Below, piece by piece: positions 19,761 to 28,152 of a stretch of 64,000 nucleotides of DNA; position 1 is the first letter of the stretch, and the number at the start of each line of letters is the position of its first letter. Both the position numbers and the translations under genes were made by a program. Origin of the DNA: an uncultured Christensenella sp. (GTDB taxonomy: Bacteria; Bacillota; Clostridia; Christensenellales; UBA1242). The notes beneath the pieces are model-generated. The model saw only the letters and a list, made by a program, of their open reading frames with translations. It was not told the DNA's origin and did no database searches. The stretch spans positions 17,316 to 81,315 of the forward strand of contig CASGDZ010000003.1 of assembly GCA_949300385.1 (NCBI GenBank), in the 5' to 3' direction.

Positions 19761-20188
19761 TATTTTCAACGATTAATCAAATTAATTGTTTTATAACATT
19801 CCTATTTTTTGGAATTATATTTGGAATTATTTTGAATGTATTTTCAATTATATTTATAAAAAAATATTTAAAAATTTATCAAAAAATCATTTTTGAAAGC
19901 ATTTTTTATACTCTTTTTGCAATATTATTTATAATTTTTATTAATTTTTTCAATTTTGGACAACTATCATTAGCCTTAGTATTTGCATTTGTTTTAGGAA
20001 TAATTTGGATAAATCGACTAAGCAAAAATTTAGTTGATTTTCTTTCTACAAAGTGGTATACTTACTTAAAAGTTAAATTCGATCTTAAAAAAGCAAAACG
20101 AGAAGAAACAAAATCATTAAAACGAGCCAAGAAAGAAGCTAGAACAAAAAGGAAAAAATTAAAATATGAAAAGCCAAGGCAAAGTTAA
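19757..20188 (+). CDS. yabQ: spore cortex biosynthesis protein YabQ-like membrane protein
   Basis: ATGA overlap with yabP, four hydrophobic helices and a basic tail. The call rests on position between yabP and the divIC-like gene. Confidence 0.6.
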   Translation: MIFSTINQINCFITFLFFGIIFGIILNVFSIIFIKKYLKIYQKIIFESIFYTLFAILFIIFINFFNFGQLSLALVFAFVLGIIWINRLSKNLVDFLSTKWYTYLKVKFDLKKAKREETKSLKRAKKEARTKRKKLKYEKPRQS

Positions 20189-20396
20189 ATTATTTATAAT
20201 ATTAGCAATTGTCATTATATTGCTATTGTTTGTTATATCAATCATACAAATTGTAAGCATTTACGATAAAAAAAGGACTATTGCTGAGCAAAAAGAAGAG
20301 ATTTCACGATTAGAAGAAGAACTTGGATTTTGGGAAAACAAGGATAATAACGACACCTCAATCGACAACGATGTCGTTATAGAGGAAAGTATATGA
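20166..20396 (+). CDS. divIC: septum formation initiator family protein (DivIC/FtsB-like)
   Basis: One TM helix followed by a short coiled coil (EQKEEISRLEEELGFWE). The call is supported by synteny after yabQ. Confidence 0.65.
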   Translation: MKSQGKVKLFIILAIVIILLLFVISIIQIVSIYDKKRTIAEQKEEISRLEEELGFWENKDNNDTSIDNDVVIEESI

Positions 20397-20941
20397 TAAC
20401 TATTACAGGAAAACCATGTAGCGGAAAGTCTACTGTGGCAAAATTACTAGCATCTAAATATGGTTTTGAACACATTTCTATCGGAGAAATATTCAAAGAG
20501 GAAGCAAGACGATTAGGTATAACAATAGAAGAATTTAATAAATTATGTTTAGAGGATCCCAGTTTCGATCGTATTATCGACAAAGAAATTGAGCGTATCG
20601 GTAAAGAAAGAAAGGGTGAACGCTTAATCTTTGACAGCCGAATGGCTTGGCACTTCGTACCAAACTCATTTAAAGTATATGTAGATCTAAGCGATAAAGA
20701 GATGAGTAAAAGGCTACTAAACTCAGACCGTAAAGATAAATATAATTACAAAGATGAAAAATCAGCACTTGCTTCACTTTTAAATAGAGAGAAGATGGAA
20801 CTAGCTCGTTACAAAAAATTATACAATGTTGTTATGGACGATCCAAATAATTTCGATTTAATAATATCAAGCGAAAATGTAACTCCTGAAGAACTCGCAG
20901 AAATAATTTATCGTGAGTATGAAAAATATAATAAAAAATAA
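20393..20941 (+). CDS. cmk: cytidylate kinase-like P-loop nucleotide kinase
   Basis: N-terminal P-loop ITITGKPCSGKSTVAKLLA and kinase-like length (182 aa). It overlaps the previous gene by 4 nt. Confidence 0.65.
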   Translation: MITITGKPCSGKSTVAKLLASKYGFEHISIGEIFKEEARRLGITIEEFNKLCLEDPSFDRIIDKEIERIGKERKGERLIFDSRMAWHFVPNSFKVYVDLSDKEMSKRLLNSDRKDKYNYKDEKSALASLLNREKMELARYKKLYNVVMDDPNNFDLIISSENVTPEELAEIIYREYEKYNKK

Positions 20942-20960
20942 AAATTTTTAATAAATTTAA

Positions 20961-21002
20961 AAAAAATATGCCAAATTACTAAATTTTAGGCATATTTTTT
21001 AT
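20961..21002. terminator. bidirectional terminator between convergent genes
   Basis: AAAATATGCC (20963-20972) pairs with GGCATATTTT (20989-20998), flanked by A- and T-runs. Confidence 0.6.
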
Positions 21003-21151
21003 TGTTTTTTATTTTTTTAATAAAAAATAGTAATTTATATTAATTCTATTTTGCTTTTATAATTTAAAAAATATTTAATTAATTTTAATTTTTTATTAAA
21101 AAATTTTTTTTGTTATTAAAATATGTTTATTATTATTTTTATTATAATTTT

Positions 21152-21808
21152 TTATTTAATTTTATTTTTTATGTATGGATTTGTAAAATTTTCTTTATTC
21201 TCTTGCCTATTTCTTGCAATGGCAAATTGATTTTCACCTATATCCTTATTTATTGTACTGCCTGCTGCAATATATGCTTGATTATGGATTTCTATTGGCG
21301 CAATAATGTTCGCATTAGAACCTATGAAAACATTATCTCCTACAATTGTCCTACTCTTCTTTTCTCCATTATAATTACAAAACACAACCCCGCACCCTAT
21401 GTTGCAATTCTCGCCAATTGACGCGTCTCCTACATACGATAGATGTGCACATTTACTATTATCCCCCAATATTGAATTCTTTATTTCAACAAAGTTGCCT
21501 ACTCTACAATTCCTACCAACCTCACTTTTTGCACGAATATGTGCAAATGGTCCAATAGTCGAATTCTCATAAATGACCGAATCTTCAATATAACTTGATT
21601 TAATTTTTACACCAGTCATTATTTTTGAATTTTCGATGTGTGAATTATTCCCTATTTCAACATTATCCGCTATCTCGCTATCTCCAGACAAAATGACATT
21701 CGAACCGACCTTCACCCCTTTACCTATTTTTACGCTAGTTGATATAACTATATTTAAGGATATCAAACTAGATTTATCGATTTCGTCTAAATTATAAAAT
21801 TCACTCAT
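21152..21808 (-). CDS. left-handed beta-helix acetyltransferase equivalent to the C-terminal (GlcN-1-P acetyltransferase) domain of GlmU only
   Basis: Hexapeptide repeats throughout. The GlmU-like stretch is GPFAHIRA...VGNFVEIKNS..G..SKCAHLSYVGDA.IGENCNIGCGVVFCNYNGEKK..T.VGDNVFIGSN...IAP..I...A.IAAGSTI. There is no room for a uridylyltransferase domain upstream. Confidence 0.75.
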   Translation of the reverse strand: MSEFYNLDEIDKSSLISLNIVISTSVKIGKGVKVGSNVILSGDSEIADNVEIGNNSHIENSKIMTGVKIKSSYIEDSVIYENSTIGPFAHIRAKSEVGRNCRVGNFVEIKNSILGDNSKCAHLSYVGDASIGENCNIGCGVVFCNYNGEKKSRTIVGDNVFIGSNANIIAPIEIHNQAYIAAGSTINKDIGENQFAIARNRQENKENFTNPYIKNKIK

Positions 21809-21905
21809 GACATAATATATTTAATTAAAATTTATTTTATGTTATAAATAAAATAAAGTTATTAAATAAATTGCTAAAATTAATATAATTTATTATAATA
21901 ATCAT

Positions 21906-22805
21906 GTGGAAAATAATAAATTATCTACTAAAATTGCATCATTTAGTTTTATAATATCTTTTTTTAGTTGTATTATCGCAACAATTATTTTTTATGTAAT
22001 TTGTACAATTGTATTAAATATTATTAATGCAAATTCAACACTCGAAGAATTTTCAAACACAACATATGGTACTTTACTATCTACAATTGTATTTGATCTG
22101 ACAATGCTAATTATTTTCTTTTCTTTAAATAAAGGCAAAAATAATAAAATCATAAGCAAACCAAAAACAAATAAGGCGTTTTTATATATTCTTATTTCAA
22201 TCGCCACATTCTTTTGTTTAAGTCCTATAATAAATTGCTTTGATAAGTTATTTTCATTTTTAGGTTTTAAATCTGATCCTTTACAATCGATAGATCTAAA
22301 ATCTTATTTGATATCGATCATATCTTTAGTTCTTTTACCTGCCATATGTGAAGAATTGTTATTTAGAGGACTAATTTTTAAAGGTTTAAAGCAAAATGGC
22401 AAAGCCTTTTCAATTATGCTATCGTCCATTATGTTTTCAATTTTCCACATGTCAATTTATCAAACGATATATCCTTTATTAGTGGGCATGCTATTAGGTG
22501 TAATAATGTACTATGAAAATAACATATTATATACTATCATTGTTCATGCGATTAACAATTTTCTCTCATTGACATTCCAATATCTAAATATTAGTTTAGT
22601 ATTTGAACATTGGTCATACATTCTGCTTGCCATATTACTTCTTATTCTGTTTTTATGTATAATCATTAAATTTATTATAAAAGATGAAAAATCTACACAC
22701 ATAAAACTGAATTTTGAAGATAAATTATATCTTTATATATCATTAATAATTATGATAATAATAAATATTGTCATAAATATTGGAGAACTAATAATAAATT
22801 TTTAA
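21906..22805 (+). CDS. CPBP family intramembrane glutamic endopeptidase (CAAX protease/Abi family)
   Basis: Motifs CEELLFRG, FSIFH and HAINN in a polytopic protein. It has a GTG start. Confidence 0.8.
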   Translation: MENNKLSTKIASFSFIISFFSCIIATIIFYVICTIVLNIINANSTLEEFSNTTYGTLLSTIVFDLTMLIIFFSLNKGKNNKIISKPKTNKAFLYILISIATFFCLSPIINCFDKLFSFLGFKSDPLQSIDLKSYLISIISLVLLPAICEELLFRGLIFKGLKQNGKAFSIMLSSIMFSIFHMSIYQTIYPLLVGMLLGVIMYYENNILYTIIVHAINNFLSLTFQYLNISLVFEHWSYILLAILLLILFLCIIIKFIIKDEKSTHIKLNFEDKLYLYISLIIMIIINIVINIGELIINF

Positions 22806-22811
22806 TAAAAT

Positions 22812-23864
22812 ATGAAAAAATCAGTATTTACTAAAATAAATTTAATATATTTCATTGCAATGTTGTGTATTGCAGTTATTTTTGTATTAGGTTATTTGGG
22901 GATATTTTCTAACGAATTTTTGACGACTTTTCTTATTCAAATCGTAGTTATGTTTGCAATCCCTCTTATATTATATTCGCTACTTGTAACGCGAAATGTA
23001 AAGTCGACTTTTAGTGATTTTGGATTTAAAAAGATCAGTTTAAATGCAATATTTATATCTATTATTTTAGGTTTCGTGCTATATTTTATTAATTCTTTTG
23101 TAGCGAGCGCCACTCAAAGTATTATATCATTACTCGGCTTTGAAAATATCACTAGTTCAACTACTGTAGAATTCAGTTATGACATATTACTAAAAGAATA
23201 TCTTCTTACTGCAATACTTCCCGGAATTTGCGAAGAGGTTTTACATCGTGGACTAATGTTAAATGCGGGAAAGAAATATGCTAATCCTCGCTTTTGTTTA
23301 TTTGCTTCATCTATCCTATTTGGATTCATGCACATGAACATTAATCAATTCTTCTATGCCACAATTTTAGGTCTTATCATGGGTTATGTAGCGCTTGCAA
23401 GCGGAAGCATTTACCCTACTATGATTATTCACTTCATGAATAACGCTATAAGTATATATTTACTCTATGGCTATTATCTAGATTGGCCACTTGCTAGTCT
23501 ATATTATAGAATTCAATCCGTACTTTTATCTAACGCGTTTTTATTTGTAGTCGCAATAAGTTTATTTATATCATTATTGGTATGGTTGTACTTATATCTG
23601 ACCAGACTGCTCGCAATCGAAAGATCAAAGGCCGAAATTAAAAAAATAGTTGAATACCTAAAACTCACCACCCTTCCAATAGAAGAAGCACAAGCAAAAA
23701 TTGACCAAGCAAATGAGATATTAAAAAAATATAAAAACTTAACAATTGGAACAGATTTGCCAAAAGGCAGAAAATTATATTTTAGTGAAAAAATATTCTT
23801 CTATTCAAGCGTCGTTTTAGGTATTTTGGTAACAATTTCAAGTTTTATTTATGGTATAATATAA
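22812..23864 (+). CDS. second CPBP family intramembrane protease, with a C-terminal helical extension and an extra TM helix
   Basis: Motifs CEEVLHRG, FGFMH and HFMNN. It is a tandem paralog of the preceding gene. Confidence 0.8.
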   Translation: MKKSVFTKINLIYFIAMLCIAVIFVLGYLGIFSNEFLTTFLIQIVVMFAIPLILYSLLVTRNVKSTFSDFGFKKISLNAIFISIILGFVLYFINSFVASATQSIISLLGFENITSSTTVEFSYDILLKEYLLTAILPGICEEVLHRGLMLNAGKKYANPRFCLFASSILFGFMHMNINQFFYATILGLIMGYVALASGSIYPTMIIHFMNNAISIYLLYGYYLDWPLASLYYRIQSVLLSNAFLFVVAISLFISLLVWLYLYLTRLLAIERSKAEIKKIVEYLKLTTLPIEEAQAKIDQANEILKKYKNLTIGTDLPKGRKLYFSEKIFFYSSVVLGILVTISSFIYGII

Positions 23865-23873
23865 AGGAGAAAT

Positions 23874-24344
23874 ATGCTAAAGATTAACATTGTAGCAATG
23901 GGCGATATTAAAGAAAAATATTTTACGAGCGCAATAGATGAATATATGAAACGACTATCTCGATTTGCCGATGTGAAAATCATAGAATTACGCGAACATG
24001 TAGCGCCTTCAAATAATATAAAAGACATTGAGCAAGCATTAAATAAGGACGCAATTGAAATAGAAAAACATTTGCGTGGTTATAAAATAGCGCTCGATAT
24101 AAATGGAAATCAGTTCTCAAGCGTTGAATTTTCTAAAAAATTAGATTCCATCGCTTTAGAAAAAAGTGAAATTACATTCATAATAGGCGCATCTAATGGA
24201 ATTGCTAAGTCAATTAAAGACAAATGTAACACTCTTATAAGTTTTTCAAAAATGACATTCCCGCATCAATTAATGCGTGTAATTTTTTTAGAACAATTAT
24301 ATAGAGCATTCACAATAAGCAAAAATATTGCATATCACAAATAG
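23874..24344 (+). CDS. rlmH: 23S rRNA (pseudouridine1915-N3)-methyltransferase RlmH
   Basis: The 156-aa product has the SPOUT pattern (...FIIGASNG...SFSKMTFPHQLMRV.FLEQLYRA). Shine-Dalgarno is AAGGAG. Confidence 0.9.
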   Translation: MLKINIVAMGDIKEKYFTSAIDEYMKRLSRFADVKIIELREHVAPSNNIKDIEQALNKDAIEIEKHLRGYKIALDINGNQFSSVEFSKKLDSIALEKSEITFIIGASNGIAKSIKDKCNTLISFSKMTFPHQLMRVIFLEQLYRAFTISKNIAYHK

Positions 24345-24352
24345 AGGTGATT

Positions 24353-25342
24353 ATGACATATCAGGAATTGATAAACAGAATAGTCCAATTACAAGAAGAA
24401 GGACTAGAACTTTTTAATGCAGGCAAGTCCGTATTAGGGAAAAATATACTTGCCACTCATGTCGGCGATTATAATGGAACTCAGATTTTAATTCAAGGCG
24501 GGATTCATGCGCGCGAATACATAACCAGTCTTTTGCTAGTAGAGATGGCTAGAAATCTACATAATAACGATTTAGTACATAATGGCGGAATATATTTTGT
24601 ATTTTTAGTCAATCCAGACGGAGCGGAAATTGCACTTGACGGGATTGATAGCGTGGACTGCGAAATTACTCGTAATTATTTGATTATGGCTAATAATGGT
24701 AGCACTGATTTTTCAAAATATAAGGCTAATATAAATTTGGTTGATCTTAATACAAATTTTGACGCTCAATGGGGAGGCGGAAGTCAAAATGTATTCTGCC
24801 CTGCTCCTGAAAATTTTGTGGGATTTTATCCTAACAGCGAGCGCGAAGTTCAATCGCTAATTAATTTTACTTTACGCACGCGCCCACTCTTAACTATTTC
24901 ATATCATAGTAAAGGAAATATAATCTACTATGGGTTTGACGGCGAAAGTAATGAAAACATAGCGCGCGACCAATCGATTGGGGAAGCATTAAGCGAAAGC
25001 ACAGGCTACCCATTAGTTTTTACAGAAAATTCAACAGGCGGTTATAAAGATTGGTGTATAAACACACTTAAAATTCCTGCCTATACAATTGAAGTCGGCG
25101 ATGATAGTCTTCCTCACCCAATTGGCGAAGAATATCTTCCTGAAATTTATGCAAGAAATAAAAATGTGCCGTTAATCGCACTAGAAAAAGCAAACGAATA
25201 TGCAAAAGAAATTGACTTTACTCTGCCAAATGTGCAAAATAGAAGTAATGGAAAAAACAATGGATTATATGAAAGAGGCTACCTTGCTAGGCTACAAAGC
25301 GCGTATGAAAGACGAGGTTCCTATAGGCGCGGTAATCGTTAA
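24353..25342 (+). CDS. M14 family zinc carboxypeptidase (gamma-D-glutamyl-meso-DAP peptidase-like)
   Basis: HxxE zinc motif GGIHAREYITS and the usual N-terminal region. The start is moved to the ATG at 24353, downstream of AGAGG. The 3' end overlaps tadA. Confidence 0.75.
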   Translation: MTYQELINRIVQLQEEGLELFNAGKSVLGKNILATHVGDYNGTQILIQGGIHAREYITSLLLVEMARNLHNNDLVHNGGIYFVFLVNPDGAEIALDGIDSVDCEITRNYLIMANNGSTDFSKYKANINLVDLNTNFDAQWGGGSQNVFCPAPENFVGFYPNSEREVQSLINFTLRTRPLLTISYHSKGNIIYYGFDGESNENIARDQSIGEALSESTGYPLVFTENSTGGYKDWCINTLKIPAYTIEVGDDSLPHPIGEEYLPEIYARNKNVPLIALEKANEYAKEIDFTLPNVQNRSNGKNNGLYERGYLARLQSAYERRGSYRRGNR

Positions 25343-25706
25343 AGATAACAAAATCATAGCGCGCGCATACAACACTCGCGAAAGCGACCAAACAGCAACG
25401 CATCATGCCGAAATCAAAGCGATAGAAAAAGCCAATAAAAAATTAAAATCTTGGCGATTAGATGATTGTGATATGTATGTAACATTAGAACCTTGTCCAA
25501 TGTGCGCGGGTGCTATAGTAAATGCACGAATTCGTACCTTATATTATGCAGTTAAAGATGATAATAGTGGCGGAATAACGCGCTTTAATATTTTAGAAAA
25601 TACTTTAAACCATACCACAAAAGCCTATCACACAGCTGAGTACGAAAGTGAAAATGTAAATTTAATTAAAGGTTTTTTTAAATCAAAACGCAATAAGGCT
25701 AATTAG
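25248..25706 (+). CDS. tadA: tRNA adenosine(34) deaminase TadA
   Basis: HAE (TATHHAEIKAIE) and PCPMC (LEPCPMCAGA) zinc motifs. The start is chosen at MEKTMDYMKEA by analogy with the usual TadA N-terminus. The ORF track begins at 25200. Confidence 0.85.
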   Translation: MEKTMDYMKEATLLGYKARMKDEVPIGAVIVKDNKIIARAYNTRESDQTATHHAEIKAIEKANKKLKSWRLDDCDMYVTLEPCPMCAGAIVNARIRTLYYAVKDDNSGGITRFNILENTLNHTTKAYHTAEYESENVNLIKGFFKSKRNKAN

Positions 25707-25717
25707 CCTTATTTTTA
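25694..25717 (+). terminator. terminator overlapping the tadA stop
   Basis: TAAGGCT-AATT-AGCCTTA hairpin followed by TTTTT. Confidence 0.55.
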
Positions 25718-26022
25718 CACATATCTACTCTACTATATTACATTTCCAAAAATAAATATGAGTATAATATTTATAATGTCTATTTGATTATGATATGTTA
25801 TAACTTAGTACACAATATTATTTCTACATTGAAAATTGTCCCATATAACGATAAATATTTTATAATGTTCCATAGACAATATTTTTTTACAAAATTCAAT
25901 ATTTTTGAATAATATCTTCATATATGCTATATTTTTGTAAAAAAATATTAATTATTGTATAAAAATTCTTTACTATTTTTGTCGTTTTTTATATAATAAA
26001 AATGTAAAAAATAGGAGTTTAT

Positions 26023-26910
26023 ATGCGAATAAGTATGTCAAAATTAAATTCTATGTTGAGTGAGCGAAATTATAATACCGAAGATTTAATAAAATACATA
26101 GGTCTAACAAAAGATACTTTTTCAGCATCTATTAATGATGAAAATGAAAATACTTCACTTTTAAATAAAATATGCGAATTTTTAGATTGCGAACCTAGAC
26201 AATTATTAGACTATAATCCAATTTTAAATTCACTTAGACAAGAAAAAGAAGAAGGAATAAACTCTAAAATTTACGAGTTAACACAAGTAAAATTAACATA
26301 CTCGTCATTAGATATTTCAAATTATGGCTTAACCGAAAAGCAAATAGCCCACATTTTTGAAACGAACAATATCGCTACCCTACCAATAACAACAGCCATA
26401 GAGACTCTTATCGAAATAAATAATCATTTCAAATGTATCGATTATGTAATCGATAATGCCGAAAGTGAACTAAGCGAATTTTTTATTAAGCAACTTCATT
26501 ATATTTTAAACCAAGGTACTGAATATTCTCGCTCTAGTCTAATAGGCGAATTCATTTTTCAGACATCAGATGTAAATGATAATACAATCGATATCCCTTA
26601 CAAGATGAATGAATTATTAACAAACTACAATTCAATAAAAAATAAAAATTTAGGTGCTATAATTAAATTTTTATATTATTTCATACAGATATCACCTTTT
26701 GAAAGAAGTAATGATACGATAGCGCGTTTGTTAGCTTTCAAAGAATGTTTAAAATACAACATCATTCCTTTTTACATTGACAACACCCACAAAAATGAAT
26801 ACAAAAAAGGGTTATCTGATTGGAAAAATTCAAGTAGTTTTCTAATACACGCTTGCAAAATAGGTCAAGCGAATTATTCTCAACTTTTATCTCATTTTAA
26901 TATAAAATAA
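26023..26910 (+). CDS. HTH (XRE/Cro-like) plus Fic-domain protein with a degenerate Fic motif
   Basis: The N-terminal 60 aa look like a Cro/C1 HTH. ISPFERSNDTIARLL aligns to the Fic signature HPFxxGNGRxxRLL with His replaced by Ser and GNGR by SNDT. Shine-Dalgarno is AGGAG. Confidence 0.65.
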   Translation: MRISMSKLNSMLSERNYNTEDLIKYIGLTKDTFSASINDENENTSLLNKICEFLDCEPRQLLDYNPILNSLRQEKEEGINSKIYELTQVKLTYSSLDISNYGLTEKQIAHIFETNNIATLPITTAIETLIEINNHFKCIDYVIDNAESELSEFFIKQLHYILNQGTEYSRSSLIGEFIFQTSDVNDNTIDIPYKMNELLTNYNSIKNKNLGAIIKFLYYFIQISPFERSNDTIARLLAFKECLKYNIIPFYIDNTHKNEYKKGLSDWKNSSSFLIHACKIGQANYSQLLSHFNIK

Positions 26911-26990
26911 TGTATTATGAATTTGATAATTGATTTGCTAGATTTGCATAAAAACTTTATTAATATGCAATACTACAAATAGGAGAATTT

Positions 26991-27527
26991 ATGGAAGGTA
27001 AAGGAATCGTTCGAAGAGTTGACGAATTAGGTAGAATTGTTTTACCACGCGAAATGAGAAAAATGTTAAATGTTCGAGTCGGTAGCAAATTAGAAATAGG
27101 TATTGTTGACGGCAATAAATTTTTATTGACAAAATATAGCGACATGGCTAGTCTAAAAGAATATAGCGATGCAGTTGCCTCTGCAATTTCGGTTAGTATT
27201 GAACACGATGTCCTAATTTCAGACATGGAAAAAGTACTTTCCTCTAACAAGAAAAAATACATTAATCGCAATTTAAGCGAAGAAGTACAAGAATTAATTT
27301 ACAATAAAGAAATCATTGTAAAAAAACAAGCGGACGGAAGCGAAATGTTGAAATTCTTTAATGACTTGTCAGGCGATTATAGTTGCCAACTAATCGTACC
27401 TATAATAAAAGACGGCGATGCTATTGGAGCGATCATCATACTCGCGGTTGAAAATAAATGTTTTGATGATAGTAGTGTGAAAGTATGCAAAGCGTTTAGT
27501 AAATATTTAAGTGACCAAATTTCGTAA
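26991..27527 (+). CDS. spoVT: stage V sporulation regulator SpoVT (AbrB-type swapped-hairpin N-domain plus GAF-like C-domain)
   Basis: GIVRRVDELGRIVLPREMRKMLNVRVGSKLEI matches the AbrB/SpoVT N-terminus. The 178-aa length matches SpoVT. Shine-Dalgarno is AGGAGAA. Confidence 0.85.
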   Translation: MEGKGIVRRVDELGRIVLPREMRKMLNVRVGSKLEIGIVDGNKFLLTKYSDMASLKEYSDAVASAISVSIEHDVLISDMEKVLSSNKKKYINRNLSEEVQELIYNKEIIVKKQADGSEMLKFFNDLSGDYSCQLIVPIIKDGDAIGAIIILAVENKCFDDSSVKVCKAFSKYLSDQIS

Positions 27528-27541
27528 ATTGGTCATTTTTT
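27512..27541 (+). terminator. spoVT terminator
   Basis: TGACCAAATT...AATTGGTCA hairpin spans the stop codon and is followed by TTTTTT. Confidence 0.6.
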
Positions 27542-27551
27542 ATAAATTATT

Positions 27552-27580
27552 TTGACTAAGATCATAAATTGTGTTATAAT
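27552..27580 (+). promoter_or_regulatory. promoter of the small membrane protein gene
   Basis: TTGACT (27552-27557), 17 nt, TATAAT (27575-27580) with a TGT extended -10. The Shine-Dalgarno AGGAGAAAAAT-ATG follows. Confidence 0.55.
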
Positions 27581-27599
27581 ATAGTTATAGGAGAAAAAT

Positions 27600-28058
27600 A
27601 TGAAACAAAAAAGTGTAAGTGGATTCGTACTTGGTTTAATAAGCGGATTAATACTACTTTTCATATCATTTATTATGCTTGTTGCTATTTCTGCAATTCT
27701 AGCATTGGTAGCGGCATTAGCTGAGCGCACCGAATTAATGGTGGCTTTTAATATCTTAAATATACTCTCTGGCGTTGGCGCTATTATAATGATAATAGGC
27801 GCATGCTTATGTTTTAAAAAAGCAAAAATAGGAGGTATTTTATTAATTATATCTCCTCTATTGTGTATCGGATTACCATGTGTATTAATATTATTCTCTA
27901 CTACTTATACTTTACAGACTATTATTCTATACTTAATCTGGTTCGCAATTATTGTAATGCCTTTAGTTGGAGGAATTTTGGCTTTAGTTAAGAATAGGAA
28001 AAAGATAGAAAAGAAAATTGAGCAAAATATCGATTTAAATGAAACAAAAGATAATTAA
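27600..28058 (+). CDS. small polytopic membrane protein (four hydrophobic helices), function unknown
   Basis: It has a good Shine-Dalgarno and promoter, a hydrophobic composition and a charged tail. Confidence 0.6.
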   Translation: MKQKSVSGFVLGLISGLILLFISFIMLVAISAILALVAALAERTELMVAFNILNILSGVGAIIMIIGACLCFKKAKIGGILLIISPLLCIGLPCVLILFSTTYTLQTIILYLIWFAIIVMPLVGGILALVKNRKKIEKKIEQNIDLNETKDN

Positions 28059-28087
28059 ATAATTATGCAATATATTAAAACTTAAAA

Positions 28088-28128
28088 CAAAAAAAGGATA
28101 ATGTAAGTTACACTATCCTTTTGTTTTT
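28088..28128. terminator. bidirectional terminator between the membrane protein gene and virB4-like
   Basis: AAGGATA (28094-28100) pairs with TATCCTT (28114-28120), flanked by an A-run and a T-run. Confidence 0.6.
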
Positions 28129-28152
28129 CTATATATAGAGAATTTTTTATTT

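Noticed and set aside
25707-28152. I looked for the left boundary (second att site, integrase) of a putative ICE carrying the T4SS genes.
   Set aside because: I found no copy of the tRNA-fMet 3' segment and no recombinase-like ORF between tadA and virB4. The genes there (HTH-Fic, spoVT, small membrane protein) cannot be assigned to an element from sequence alone.
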